Positions 43,383 to 54,712 of a DNA stretch of 64,000 bases are shown here, piece by piece; within the stretch, counting starts at the first letter, position 1; every line of letters begins with the position of its first letter. The notes under the pieces are model-generated. The model had not been told where the DNA came from, searched no databases, and saw nothing but the letters and a program-made list of their open reading frames with translations. The DNA is from Chloropicon primus (Eukaryota). The stretch spans positions 992,001 to 1,056,000 of the forward strand of contig CP060755.1 in assembly GCA_023205875.1 (NCBI GenBank). The letters run 5' to 3'. Both the position numbers and the translations under genes were made by a program.

Positions 43383-46300
43383 ATGTTCCGGTACGATGCG
43401 CCCCACGGCGTGACAATGCCCAACAATGGCGGACAGTACGTTTTCAAAAGCATTGTAAGTCTCGCTCGCTCGCTCTCTCGTCGAGTCGACCAAACGACCA
43501 ATCGACTGACTCGCTCGTCTCGTCGTCTCGTCTCCCCCTCTCGCTCTCGTAAAAAGCAGCAAACGCGTCCCGCTTTCGAGAAAAGGGTTCAGCAGTGCAT
43601 GGACGCGATACAAAAGTCGGAGAAGTACCAGTGCTCGCCCAGCGTCACGATAGCATTGCTGGCCCTTCTCGTGACCAAGGTCGAGCACAACGCGAGGGAG
43701 TTCAGCTTCTGCTACGACCAATCAGTCCTGGTGTCGGCCAAAGCGATCACGAAGGTGACCCAGACGGTGGCGACGGGGCAGCAGAGCGAGGGGAACGAGA
43801 GGCTGACCACCCGAGCCCTCAAGTGGCTCGTTTACCAGTACAAGTCCGGGACGCTTTTCCCGAAAATAATTGGAGGGCTTGGTATAGGGCAGCCGGTCGT
43901 CAAGGATCACAATCCTCCGAACCACCAGCACCACCAGAAACCGGAGATCGTCACCAAGGCTCAGGGCCACCTCCCCCAGGCGACCGGCGCGCAACTGATA
44001 GTAGACTTGCTGACCATGCTGCAGCAGGTGGGCGGGAGGTTCGACTCGACGTCGCCGGACCACCTCGGGGAGGCGTCAGAGGATAGAGCGGGCCATCCGA
44101 GCGTCTGCACGCCGGCGTCGGGCTACCCCTTGGAGTTGTACCAGCTCAGGGAGAGGGGCGAGCTCAAGCAGGTGGTCGGGGAGGCCTTCAGGAGGAGGCC
44201 GAAAAAGCACAAGGAGGGGGTGGTGGTGAGGGACAGTGTGAGATTCTTCGATCTCGGGAAGGAGTCTTCTCAGAAGAGGAAGTACCGGGCAATGACGTAC
44301 AAGAACAGGGGAAGGAGGCCCGTGTTCCTGATCAGGGCAGGGTTCAGGAATGCTCTGAACGCGTCCAACTTCGAGCTGACGGACGATTTCGGAATTACGG
44401 ACGATTTCGAGGACAGGGAGGAGGTCCTCATGCTCAGGCCTGGACACGAGTACCAGATAACTGTCATCATGACAGGGAGGTCCGACTCGGAAATTCAAGA
44501 GGAGCCAGTGGTCTCCGTCGTGTTTTGGAACGAGGAGTGCGGGTTCAACGCCTGTCATGCCACGATCCTGGTGATTCCTTTCTCAACGGAGGAGGAAAAG
44601 GCGGGCGGCGGGCGCTCCCTCTCCTCCGAAGCAGAGGTCTACATTTCCAAATCCTTGTCGTCGCTGTTCGACGAGATGGCAAGCCACGTGAAAGGCGTCG
44701 AAAGCTTGCCCTTGATCTCTGGCCTCATCAAGGTTGGCATCCTACCCCAGCCTTCTCACAACCTGATCAGCACGCCTTTCAAATCATTCTCGGATACAAA
44801 CGCCTCCCATGCGTTCAACAGGATGCACGGGCTGAGGCTCCCCCCTTGGAACGGTGAGATGCAAGACAACAAAGAGTATCGCAAGTTTCAGAGAGGAATA
44901 TTATGCCAAGAGGTCGATGAGATGAGGGGCATGAGGAACCTCCAAATGTTTCACATACCTTTTCACCGGGGCGTCGTTGAGTTCAGAACGAGGCGGTACC
45001 AGTACGTTCGCCAAAACAAGGGAGAAAGCAATCACGGGCCTTACTCTGGACCTATGCTGAACAAGCTGTGCAACTTGAAGAATAAACTTCCGTGCGTCTT
45101 GTTCGACGTCCCTGGACTGCTAGAGAAAGATCCAGAGCTCAAGGCCGGGGCCCTTGTTCACGTGAGAGGTGCAGAGGAGACTGAAAAAGAGTTTATTTTG
45201 ATAGTCATTGCAACGCATAACTCAACCGCTATTCTCCTTGCACCGGACGCCGTGTTTGAGATGCTGGACACCAATTGGCATGTTACCTTCCAGATAGACT
45301 TCGACAAATATCGGAACATGTATTCCACGCTTGGGCTGGCGTACGGTTTGCGGGTGTTTGACTTTGACAAGGAATTCCAGTGCGCGCTCGGGGGGAGCAA
45401 GCTCACCAAGCAGGAGCTGAAAAAAGTCAAGGTCCCAGTCTTGAATGACAGCCAGCTCCAAGTGGTTGGCAAAGTATGCAAAGCCCTGAGGACGACTACC
45501 GAGAGGGCTCAGACTCAGCCGACGTACATCACCTGCCGCGGCCCAGCAGGCACGGGCAAGTCTCTCACTGCTGTTATGACTGCCGCGCTGGTCGCAAAGG
45601 AGGCAAGCCCGCGCAGAATACTGATCTGTACTCCCGGAGAGTTCACTTGTGATCTTCTAGCAGAAGCTTTGGCGAAGGAGCTCGAGAAGCACAAGACGAA
45701 GAAGCAGCAGAACGCCAAAAGCGGATTGCTGAAAAGGGGTTCGGTGATCCGATTGAATGATCCGAAGAGACCACTTGCCTTTGCCAGCAAGGGGGTGCTC
45801 CCGTTGTGTAAGTTAGACGAAAATGTTGGCTGCTTCACCATCCCTCCCCCCGAGGAACTGGCCAAGTATCAGGTGGTTTGCACGTCTTGCTCGTCTTGCT
45901 GGTTCCTCCACCGAGGCCAAACGAACCTCGCAGCTGCGCAGAACTTCGATTTATGCGTCGTCGATGAAGCTGGTCAGGCTACCTTGGCAGACTTGATGGG
46001 GCCACTGAGCTGCATGGGGCCTGCACAGGGCGGCGGCAAAACAGAGAAATGCGTCCTCTTGCTGGGCGATGAGCACCAGCTTGGGCCTTCGAGTGCCGCC
46101 GTAAATGACACTGTCGGGTCAGTTTTCGAATACTTTCGGACAGACGTTCGCTTGTCCATGAATTATCGTTCGAATCAGGAGCTCCTGGAGATACCAAAGG
46201 CCCTCTTCTACGGCGAAGATCTCGAAGCGGTTGCCCCCCCCACGGAGGTGAATGCGCCTGACGTCAGGCAAACAGATATCTTCTCCAACGTGGAGAATTC

Positions 46301-46973
46301 GTCCGCGTCGATCTTGACCGTCTGTTGTCAGGCTGGAAAGCACCAGCGATCAAGCATTTACAGCAAGGGGAGAAGCTGCTTCAACGCGGTGGAGGCGAAC
46401 ACCGTGAAGGACATCTGCTTGCAGTTCATAGGGAAGCAGATTGCCTCAGCAGCTTCGATCTCTGTCATCAGCCTTAGTCGTGCGCAAAACGGCTTGATCA
46501 GGAAGGAGCTCCGGCACGTCGGCCTGTCGGAGATCAGGTGCGGAACCGTGGACGATTTTCAGGGTCAGCAAGGCGACGTCGTCATCATCAGCACGGTTGC
46601 CAGCTCGATCAAGGCGCTCGACTGCGACGAGAAGAGATTTAATGTCGCCACCACCCGGGCACGCCGACTGGTCATCGTGGTGGGTTCCAGTAAAGTTCTG
46701 AAAGACAAGCGGGCCGGGCCCTGGAACGAGCTCACCCAGATGTGCATGAAGAAGAACGTCGTCCTCAATTTCAAGGGCCAGTCGGACCAAGGCTCTGCCG
46801 TCGAGGAAAGGGAGGAGACTTTGACGAAGGTCGCAACTTTGGCCAAGACTGCGCTCTTGGGAGTCGGCCACGAGGAGACGATGTTCCCCGACAACCTTTA
46901 CGACACCAACATCTCTTTGGGTTGGGCGGCTACCGATGATGAATTCAATCTGCCTGCAAGGATTGTTCTGTGA
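43383..46973 (+). CDS. MOV10/SDE3-like SF1 (UPF1-like) RNA helicase; probable in-frame intron 43455-43559
   Basis: DVPGLLEKDP (cf. VPGLAE.RPS), GPAGTGKS, RILICTP, DEAGQA, GDEHQLGP, NYRS, GTVDDFQG, RFNVATTRAR. Confidence 0.8.
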   Translation: MFRYDAPHGVTMPNNGGQYVFKSIVSLARSLSRRVDQTTNRLTRSSRRLVSPSRSRKKQQTRPAFEKRVQQCMDAIQKSEKYQCSPSVTIALLALLVTKVEHNAREFSFCYDQSVLVSAKAITKVTQTVATGQQSEGNERLTTRALKWLVYQYKSGTLFPKIIGGLGIGQPVVKDHNPPNHQHHQKPEIVTKAQGHLPQATGAQLIVDLLTMLQQVGGRFDSTSPDHLGEASEDRAGHPSVCTPASGYPLELYQLRERGELKQVVGEAFRRRPKKHKEGVVVRDSVRFFDLGKESSQKRKYRAMTYKNRGRRPVFLIRAGFRNALNASNFELTDDFGITDDFEDREEVLMLRPGHEYQITVIMTGRSDSEIQEEPVVSVVFWNEECGFNACHATILVIPFSTEEEKAGGGRSLSSEAEVYISKSLSSLFDEMASHVKGVESLPLISGLIKVGILPQPSHNLISTPFKSFSDTNASHAFNRMHGLRLPPWNGEMQDNKEYRKFQRGILCQEVDEMRGMRNLQMFHIPFHRGVVEFRTRRYQYVRQNKGESNHGPYSGPMLNKLCNLKNKLPCVLFDVPGLLEKDPELKAGALVHVRGAEETEKEFILIVIATHNSTAILLAPDAVFEMLDTNWHVTFQIDFDKYRNMYSTLGLAYGLRVFDFDKEFQCALGGSKLTKQELKKVKVPVLNDSQLQVVGKVCKALRTTTERAQTQPTYITCRGPAGTGKSLTAVMTAALVAKEASPRRILICTPGEFTCDLLAEALAKELEKHKTKKQQNAKSGLLKRGSVIRLNDPKRPLAFASKGVLPLCKLDENVGCFTIPPPEELAKYQVVCTSCSSCWFLHRGQTNLAAAQNFDLCVVDEAGQATLADLMGPLSCMGPAQGGGKTEKCVLLLGDEHQLGPSSAAVNDTVGSVFEYFRTDVRLSMNYRSNQELLEIPKALFYGEDLEAVAPPTEVNAPDVRQTDIFSNVENSSASILTVCCQAGKHQRSSIYSKGRSCFNAVEANTVKDICLQFIGKQIASAASISVISLSRAQNGLIRKELRHVGLSEIRCGTVDDFQGQQGDVVIISTVASSIKALDCDEKRFNVATTRARRLVIVVGSSKVLKDKRAGPWNELTQMCMKKNVVLNFKGQSDQGSAVEEREETLTKVATLAKTALLGVGHEETMFPDNLYDTNISLGWAATDDEFNLPARIVL

Positions 46974-47178
46974 CCGAGGCAGAAGCACTTCTTTGTCGTC
47001 ACTCTCTGTAATTTAACAAGGACATGCTTCACGATCTTCGCTTGTCCCTCCCTCCCTCCCTCCCTTCCAGCCAGCATCAAAGCCTGTTCATTTGCAGGGG
47101 TCATCGAGAGTCGGCTGTGCTCGAAACGAAACAAAGGGTCTCTCCAAAGGGTTCGCGCGCGAGAGGGACTGACGAGGA

Positions 47179-48207
47179 ATGAGGCCAACGGGGATGACGG
47201 CGGCGGCGCGGATGGGGTCGGGAATCCGGCCCGCTCTCATCGTCGCGCTCGCGGTTCTCGCTGTGGGCGTGGCGCGGTGTGGGGATCTGGTCGAGATCAG
47301 GAACGCGAACCTAAATTTGGTGACCTCAGAGAAAGACGCTAAGAGCACGAGGACGCCCATCACGAGCGCCCTCTTGGCGACGCCAGCTCACTTGCACGAC
47401 GACAACGAGATCGCCGTGGAATTCTCTATGTCGGTTGACAAGCCAAGCGTGAGTAGCCTGCTTCTTTTCCTTTTGATCTTCTCGCTCGCTCGCTCGTAGG
47501 GCGTCTCCGTGGCTGAGGACTGACTCCCTTCTTCTTTGCCTCTCACCGAGCAGGACTTCAAGCCCCAGCAGAGGGTTCTCACGTTGACTCACTCCGAGAG
47601 GAGGACGCAGGCGGCACGGTTCGTGGGTGACGTGACCTCGAGTGGAAAGGGCTCCCTGAAGGTTACGTTCCAGGTGACAGCAGACGCGGTGGAGAAGCAG
47701 CTGGGGACCTTGAACGGAGAGTACGAAGCCGAAGTCGTGGTGGCGGACGCCAGCTTCAAGAATTCGTACAAGTTCGGCTTTGGAAAGGTCCTCGTCTCGC
47801 ACGCCCACCAGGCGGACGGGTCTCTGAGTTCCGACCCAGAGCTATACCCAAGGGAGACAAAGTACGCCCCGAAGGAAGAGTTTGAGCACATCATGAGGGA
47901 GGCAGACAAGCGACCCCCATCCATGATCTCCCTCGTTTTCGCGGGAGCAATGTTTTGCCCCCTCGTCTTGCTGATGCTCGTGGTGCAGCAGTCGGGAGCG
48001 AACCTCAAGAAGCTCCCCTCGGTTTTCTTCCAGGCCGTGCTCTTCCATTCCGGGATCGCGGCGACCCTGGGCCTGATCGTTTACTATTGGCTGTCCCTCC
48101 CCTTCCTGCAGACGGTGCCCATACTCTTGGGCCTGAGCGCTTTCGCGGGTTTGACAGGATTCCACTTGTTGAGGGGACTGTGCAAGGTCTCCGAGAAGGC
48201 CGAGTGA
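47179..48207 (+). CDS. RPN2: Oligosaccharyltransferase subunit ribophorin II/Swp1; intron 47449-47553
   Basis: Signal peptide, FKPQQ, YAPKEEFEHIMREADKRPP, three C-terminal TMs with YYWLSL. Confidence 0.82.
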
Positions 48208-48767
48208 TCCTTCGTGTGTCAAGACAAGAAAGAACATAAATCTTTTGTAACATAATGAAGCATTTTTAGTCGTACACGCCAGCAGATACAACATGCTGGC
48301 CGAGCTAGTCCTGCACCTCGCACGCATCGAAAACGATATCAACGGTGCAGTTCTTGGCAGCAAGGGCGGCAGCGAAGCCTTGGGCGCACTGCTTGCATGA
48401 CCAAGATGTTGTCCACGGCTTTGGGCAGAGTTTCTTCAGCTCGGCCGTGCACGTTGGAAGCCTCCTCGAAGCTCGCGATTGTTGCGCAGCTGGGATTCGA
48501 CGTCAGGCCGTTCCCCTAGGCCTAGGTACGCGGCGTTATACCACAACCTCATCTACCAATCTACCAGGAAATGCTTCGCGCCAAAAAAAAAACATCAGCT
48601 GTTGGCTGGCGATCGGAGAGGGGCAAGGGCAAGGCCCAGTGTGGTGGAAGGAAGGAGGGGGACGAGGAGGAGGGGACGAGGAGGAGGGGGAGGCAAGGTG
48701 TTGGTGTATTGATCGGGATTGGTTGTCCCGCGGCGTTTGCGTGCGGAGGAGGAGAGCGGGGGAGAAG

Positions 48768-51700
48768 ATGGTGGACACGGATGTGTTGAAGGAGGCGCTG
48801 GAAATGATCGAGGACATGGGGGAGGAGCTCTCCCTGTCCGTGTCCAGCGACCCGGACGAGGACGACGAAAGCGCGTTGCAGGGGGTGGCGACGTCTCCGG
48901 AGTCAGGCGGGCCTCCTGCGCGGACGAGTGAGGCGACGGTGCTGGACGTGGACTTGCCTCCGAGGAGGGGCTCGAAGAGGCCAGCAGCGGCGACCACCCC
49001 ACCCCGGGAAGGCACTTTGGGTGCGAGCTGGGGCAGGAAGAGGAGGTTCGAGTACCGGAGTCACAGGTCCCTGCAGCGGGACCTGCTCGCACTCGGGGAC
49101 GACGACAGCGACGACAACGACTCGGGGAGCGAGGCACTGGAGGAGGCGGACGCCATGTCCTCCGAGGAGGTGGTCGGCGAATGGCCGAGGGGGAGCACCC
49201 CCTCGGCCGATTCGGGCAGGTCTGATCGCGATAACTTCTGCATTCCTGTGCCTTCCAAGCCCACCTCGACGACCACCCGGCACGTCTTGGGGGCTCAGCT
49301 TAAGGCCCTGAGGGAGGGCCAGGGCGCGAACAGCGAGTACTACACCCACGAGCATTTGAGGCGCTTGAAGGAGTTCGAGGCGAGGGAGACGTGGAACCGC
49401 CTGTCTCGGGGCTCGAAGACCTACTGCAGCAAGGTCCATCGCCAACCCTGCAAGGAGTGCACGACGTGCCACTTCTGCAGGCAGAGGACCATCGATCAGA
49501 AGACGTGGTGCCCCTGCGCGTTGAAGAAGGGCCGGATTGTCGGGGGGAAGTCGAGAGGCATCATCTGCGGGTTCTGCCTCGAGATGAGGTACGGGGAGAA
49601 CCTTGACGAGGCCCTGGCGAATCCCAACTGGAGGTGTCCGGCCTGCAGGGACATTTGCATCTGCTCCGGGGCAAACTGCTTGAGGGCAAGGAGGAACCTC
49701 TTTCCCACGAATCACCTCTACCACGAAGCGGACAGCTTGGGGTACAAGTCTGTGGCGCACTACTTGATCTTGACCCACCTCACGGACGGAAATGCGATGC
49801 CCATGCCAGAGGTTGGCAGCGGAAGGAAGCCCAGGAAGACAGGCGCGGCTTTGGAGCTGGGCGAAGAAGAAGAGTTCGCGGCGGCTTCGGAGAACAAGAA
49901 TGCCTTGCGACAGAAGACGAAGATAAGGCTGAAGAGGGAAATCGAAGTCATGAGGATGGAGTTCCTCCCACCAGCGGGGTGGGAGGCGTTGGATCTGGCC
50001 GGTCCAGACGAGCCGGAAGCGCTGGTGGAATCGCAAGAAGGGGAGGGCAAAGGCCACGGGTACGCCGAGCACGCGAGCACTCTTCTTCTCACAGAGAGGG
50101 ATCAAGTCTTCTCCCCATCTCTCAGGATCCTACAGAGAAATCAGGTGGAAGGGGAACGAGGAAGCGGGCCGTGGCACGATATCCTGAAGCAGGTGCAAGC
50201 AGTGAACTGGGAAGAGCTCACCGTTCCCCAAAGAAACCAAAGGGCATCCCCAATCGTTGCCCAGCTGCCCACTAGGGCTTGTGTAGTGAAATCTGAGGAA
50301 GGCAAGGCGAGCGCGCAGCCAGGGTGCATGGCCATGACCCACGAGGAGTTGAAGATTTGCTCCTCGGTGCTGCTGATCCTCGCCAGTGCCCTGCCAGAGA
50401 GGCAGCTGGTACCCATGATATGCAAAAAGGTATTCGGAAGGGCGCCCATTGTGGACATGGAGTCGAGCGACACGAGGGCAAAGGCAATCATTTTCGATAC
50501 CTCGTTCAAGGTCCTGAAAATCATGCAATCCAGGATGATTGAGCTTTCTGGAGCGTTGGATATGCTAGTCGGCATATGCACTACATCCTTGGACAATCAG
50601 GACACCCTTTGGAAAGCTCTGTCGATCAAGGCCGAGATTGGGACAACCCCAGAAGTGAAGATTGGCTCCCTCGTGCTTCCTTCCGTGAGAAACAGGTTTC
50701 AACAGCTCGAGAGAATCGCTCTGGTGAAATCCTCCTTGGAAGCCAACCAGGAGCTGTTGCTGAATGCGTTGTCCCACTTTGCTGCGTTGTCCTCTTCTTG
50801 TGGGAAAATATTCCCCACCGTTTTGAGCAGCCTCGTCGTGAGGATGGTCGACAGCAGAAACCATCACCTGAAAGGCATGAGAAACGGCGCCCTCGGTTTT
50901 GCCTACAACGCTTTGGTCCACTTGAAAACCAGGTGGAAGGACTTGAGCGCGGAAGAGAAATTTGAAGTGGCGGACATCGTCGGCAAGCGGCTCTTGAACC
51001 AAGTGAATGGCCTGGTCAACATGCACTATCCGATAAGGAACAAAGAGGCCACGAGCGGCGATGCGCCTGATGTCAGCATAAGCATATCAGAGGATACAGT
51101 CACAATGTCCATTCATTTGCTGAGCCAGATAGTCTCGTTCTTTTTGGACGATGGCCAAATGACTTGGGACCAGGCATCGTCGTACGTCTTTGCCCCATAT
51201 GCTTCCGCTCAATTCTGGAGCTTTGCGAACTCTCACTACAGGAGCTTGGTATACAAATTTGTGTCAAAGATTGCATTGAACACGAGGACGCTTGCCTTCA
51301 AGCAGCAGGAATCCTTGGTTCGCGCGTGGATCGTTTGCATGATTGATCCTGTCAAAGGCAAGCACCAAGTGCAGATGACGGATGCGTTGGCAAGGGCTCT
51401 CAAGTTAGAGGAGTTGTCTCCGACTGGGAGGGCACCATCCTTCCCAAGCGAAATTCGCAATGACAAGGATGGAAGCCTCCGAGCAACCTGGATGACGTTC
51501 CTGTCGCAAAGCATCAAGACAAGGGCCGATCTCGCGAACCGCCTGATTTCGCCTGACACCTTGAAGAGCGTTTGCGAATTCTTCCAAGCTGCCCAGAAAG
51601 AGATGATAAACTCGGGGAAGAGGAAGAGGCACCGGCAGTACGAGGAGTCAGCGTGCAAAGTTTTGATCAGCCTTGAGAAGAATTACATGGATCTCCAAGA

Positions 51701-53708
51701 GAACGATAGCTCGATCTGTGGAGCAATGCCTCTCGTAGATCTCCTGGCTCAAAAGGCCGCGGCCAACCTTAAAGGCTGCCTTTCTCTTTTCTTGCAGTCA
51801 AAGAACAGCAAAACAACTCAAAGGCTGGACAGACTTGAGAATTTGGGGCTTGCTCGGTTACAAATGAAAAGTTCCTCGTTGGCGCACTTGCATCAATTGC
51901 TTAGAGATGTTGCCAGGGTTTCTGTGCGAGACAGCACTTTTGTGTCGCCTTCAACAAGTCTGCACGAAATCCTCTGTGCAATTTTCGAGTCCATTCCTGG
52001 GACGAGCTCCGATAGAGAACCATTCATGACAGCGTTGTATGAGTTGATTGCATCAGCCATGACACCTCACTTGGAGTCCAGCGAAGACTTGGGTGGGGCC
52101 CCAAGAATCTGTGACAGGACGCGGGTTTTGTCCCATTTCGTGCTCGGGACGTACATGAGAAGATGGCTTCAGAAAGCGATCGTTGCCCCAAGGCCACAAG
52201 CAACGATCGCACTGGGGGCATTGAGGTACCTCAAGGTCTTCTTCACTCAAGAGAGTCTGAGATCTCCAAAGTGGATGAGGCTGTACCTCCCCCCCTTGAT
52301 CGGGCCTCTGATCGAGTGCTTTTGCTGCAGCGACTCTTGCGACAGCACCAGCTCGCTGCAGCAAGTTTCCCTGTTGAAGTCGACGTTTGAAGTACTGTCC
52401 CACCTGGCGGTTTCATGTGATCACATCATTCCAGAATTCCAGAGCGCCGAGGCTTTGGGCAAAGCCGTTTTCCCTTCAGACATGAATCTTCTGAGCAATG
52501 CAGAGCCTCTGGAGGAGGGAAAGTATAGCTGTTGCTTGAAACTCCTTTGGCACTCAGCCCTGCAGGCATTCTTGCGCGTCCTTTCCAACGCTTTGAACGT
52601 GAACTTGCATACCGTGGACCAAATCAACGCGGCTTCTGAGGCGAACCACCGCATTTCTATCCTGACAAACACGCTGTCTGCGAACAATAGAAGCAAGGTC
52701 TTCAGGTTGCTAGGCAGGCCGCGGCCTTCTGGACCCATTGAGACCCTGTACGCCCAATCCACCCGAGCGAACGCGGTGGTGATGAGGACGGACAATGTAA
52801 AGTACCCGCAAGAATTGGCGAGCCTGACTGACCTGATTTCTGCCGGGTTCAAGCTCGCACAGAACATGCAAAACACTGATGCTGGCCTGAATTGGGTGTT
52901 GAACCTCGTGCCCGCGCTTCACGATTTGCTGAGGCTGGCGCCAACGAGGCCTACTCACATTGACCAAGCGTACGTGATCCTTTGGAGCGCCCTAGAGGCA
53001 AAGAGCGATGTCTCCAAGTTTGAGATTCCCCCAAAGCCTTCGACGACGAAGTTGTCTTCTCCTGGGCCAGCCCAAGAGGACGAGTGTGGCACCCAGATGT
53101 ACTCTCAGAGCGACAGTCAGGAAACCGTGAGGTACCCCTCCCAGGCCCTTTCCCAGGCATCAGTCCAGTCGAAAGGGAACCAGCAGAGAGCGGTTGTTGT
53201 GTCTACGAAGGACCTTGGGCAGTATGTCGGCCAGATCGTCAATTTCTTGGGGTACCTTGTCAGCAGGGACCCAAAAACTGGGACGAAGGAGTTCAAAAGC
53301 CAGAAGAGGTTCCTTTGCTTGACGCTGGGCGACAGGAATGGATCCGTGAAGCTGATCCTCGCCGGTGGTACTGCACAAGACTTTGCCGCGGCTTTGGACA
53401 AGGGCACGAGTCTTGGGACGCAAATTCTTGTTATCAAGGGCGTCAAGGTGTTTCAGAGGAAGGACAATGGGCAGATCCTGCTGCAGGGGCTCCCCACCAC
53501 GAAGAAGCACCTGAATCCGGAGGTGAAGGCCGTCCGCGCTCTGAGGGCTTGGGTCGAGAGCAAGCAGAACAGGGAAATCCAGGAAATCACGGGGACCCAA
53601 GACTCGAGCCAAGTGGAGAGAGCCCTCGCTCTCGCAAAGGGAAACAAGAATCAGGCCGCAAACATTCTTTTGGACCACAACATCAACAGGAGACCTTTGA
53701 CAAAGTAA
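48768..53708 (+). CDS. CDCA7-type zf-4CXXC_R1 protein fused to an MMS22/Mus7-like helical region, an OB-fold-like domain and a UBA-like domain
   Basis: TCHFCRQRT..RGIICGFCLEMRYGE..WRCPACRDICICS..GYKSVAHYL; long helical body; LTLGDRNGSVKLILAG (OB-like); EITG..QVERALALAKGNKNQAANILL (UBA-like). Confidence 0.75.
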   Translation: MVDTDVLKEALEMIEDMGEELSLSVSSDPDEDDESALQGVATSPESGGPPARTSEATVLDVDLPPRRGSKRPAAATTPPREGTLGASWGRKRRFEYRSHRSLQRDLLALGDDDSDDNDSGSEALEEADAMSSEEVVGEWPRGSTPSADSGRSDRDNFCIPVPSKPTSTTTRHVLGAQLKALREGQGANSEYYTHEHLRRLKEFEARETWNRLSRGSKTYCSKVHRQPCKECTTCHFCRQRTIDQKTWCPCALKKGRIVGGKSRGIICGFCLEMRYGENLDEALANPNWRCPACRDICICSGANCLRARRNLFPTNHLYHEADSLGYKSVAHYLILTHLTDGNAMPMPEVGSGRKPRKTGAALELGEEEEFAAASENKNALRQKTKIRLKREIEVMRMEFLPPAGWEALDLAGPDEPEALVESQEGEGKGHGYAEHASTLLLTERDQVFSPSLRILQRNQVEGERGSGPWHDILKQVQAVNWEELTVPQRNQRASPIVAQLPTRACVVKSEEGKASAQPGCMAMTHEELKICSSVLLILASALPERQLVPMICKKVFGRAPIVDMESSDTRAKAIIFDTSFKVLKIMQSRMIELSGALDMLVGICTTSLDNQDTLWKALSIKAEIGTTPEVKIGSLVLPSVRNRFQQLERIALVKSSLEANQELLLNALSHFAALSSSCGKIFPTVLSSLVVRMVDSRNHHLKGMRNGALGFAYNALVHLKTRWKDLSAEEKFEVADIVGKRLLNQVNGLVNMHYPIRNKEATSGDAPDVSISISEDTVTMSIHLLSQIVSFFLDDGQMTWDQASSYVFAPYASAQFWSFANSHYRSLVYKFVSKIALNTRTLAFKQQESLVRAWIVCMIDPVKGKHQVQMTDALARALKLEELSPTGRAPSFPSEIRNDKDGSLRATWMTFLSQSIKTRADLANRLISPDTLKSVCEFFQAAQKEMINSGKRKRHRQYEESACKVLISLEKNYMDLQENDSSICGAMPLVDLLAQKAAANLKGCLSLFLQSKNSKTTQRLDRLENLGLARLQMKSSSLAHLHQLLRDVARVSVRDSTFVSPSTSLHEILCAIFESIPGTSSDREPFMTALYELIASAMTPHLESSEDLGGAPRICDRTRVLSHFVLGTYMRRWLQKAIVAPRPQATIALGALRYLKVFFTQESLRSPKWMRLYLPPLIGPLIECFCCSDSCDSTSSLQQVSLLKSTFEVLSHLAVSCDHIIPEFQSAEALGKAVFPSDMNLLSNAEPLEEGKYSCCLKLLWHSALQAFLRVLSNALNVNLHTVDQINAASEANHRISILTNTLSANNRSKVFRLLGRPRPSGPIETLYAQSTRANAVVMRTDNVKYPQELASLTDLISAGFKLAQNMQNTDAGLNWVLNLVPALHDLLRLAPTRPTHIDQAYVILWSALEAKSDVSKFEIPPKPSTTKLSSPGPAQEDECGTQMYSQSDSQETVRYPSQALSQASVQSKGNQQRAVVVSTKDLGQYVGQIVNFLGYLVSRDPKTGTKEFKSQKRFLCLTLGDRNGSVKLILAGGTAQDFAAALDKGTSLGTQILVIKGVKVFQRKDNGQILLQGLPTTKKHLNPEVKAVRALRAWVESKQNREIQEITGTQDSSQVERALALAKGNKNQAANILLDHNINRRPLTK

Positions 53709-53752
53709 AGTAGTTACTAGTTTACACAACAACATCCTCTGATACAGAACAT

Positions 53753-54571
53753 TCAGTCTTCGCCCTTCGTGGAGTCTTCGCTTTGCTTCCCCTCCTCGGC
53801 CTCGTCGCCACCTTCCTCTTCAGACGCGGCTTCCGGCAGGCACTCCACCGTGAACTTATCGTTGGTGTAGATGCAGATGTCCGCTGCAATCCTCATAGAC
53901 TTCTCCGCAATGTCCATCGCGCTCAGGCCTTCCACATCCAGGAGAGCCCTCGCGGCTGCGAAGGCATAGGTCCCCCCCGACCCCACAGCGAGCACCCCGT
54001 GGTCCGGCTCGATCACGTCCCCGTTTCCAGTTATCTCGAGCATGCAGTCCTTGTCCGCCACGATCATGACCGCATCCAGGCGCCGGAGGTACTTCTCCGT
54101 CCTCCAAGCCTTGGCGAGCTCGACCGATGCCCTCCTGAGCTGGCCCGGATACTCCTCCAGCTTGCCCTCGAGCCTCTCGTACAGAGTCAGAGCGTCGGCA
54201 GTCGAACCAGCAAAGCCGCCAATCACCCCGCTCTCTCCTATTCTCCTCACCTTCCTCACGTGGTGCTTAATGACCTCGTGGCCCGCCGTCACCTGACCGT
54301 CGCCGATGAGGACCGTCTGCCCCTCCTTCTGCACGCAGAGGATCGTCGTCCCACAGTACCCGTCCGCGTTACCTCTGGCGTACGACGAGAGGGCCTGACG
54401 GGAGGGCCTCCTGACGTCGTTATCCACGTCGTGAAGAGTAGTGTGCCCGAGTCCGAACAAGCTCGCTTGCGCTGGCGGCCGGAAGGCCGCCGCGCCGGGG
54501 GCGGCCGAGTCCAGGAGCGTGCCCAACCCCCTCGCCGCGCGCCACGCCAACTGCCTCGCTCCTCCTAGCAT
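53753..54571 (-). CDS. hslV: Mitochondrial HslV (ClpQ) threonine protease
   Basis: Presequence, then [46 protein letters not shown]. Confidence 0.95.
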   Translation of the reverse strand: MLGGARQLAWRAARGLGTLLDSAAPGAAAFRPPAQASLFGLGHTTLHDVDNDVRRPSRQALSSYARGNADGYCGTTILCVQKEGQTVLIGDGQVTAGHEVIKHHVRKVRRIGESGVIGGFAGSTADALTLYERLEGKLEEYPGQLRRASVELAKAWRTEKYLRRLDAVMIVADKDCMLEITGNGDVIEPDHGVLAVGSGGTYAFAAARALLDVEGLSAMDIAEKSMRIAADICIYTNDKFTVECLPEAASEEEGGDEAEEGKQSEDSTKGED

Positions 54572-54712
54572 TGCTCGCACGAGATGAGACAAACGAAGCC
54601 CCCTCGCTCGCTCGCTCAAGAGACCCAGAATTGTTGGCTTTGAGGATTGGCGAAAAATGAAACGGGCCCCCGGGGGGGCTGACAACGGTGGATTACAAAG
54701 CAGTTTTTGCGG

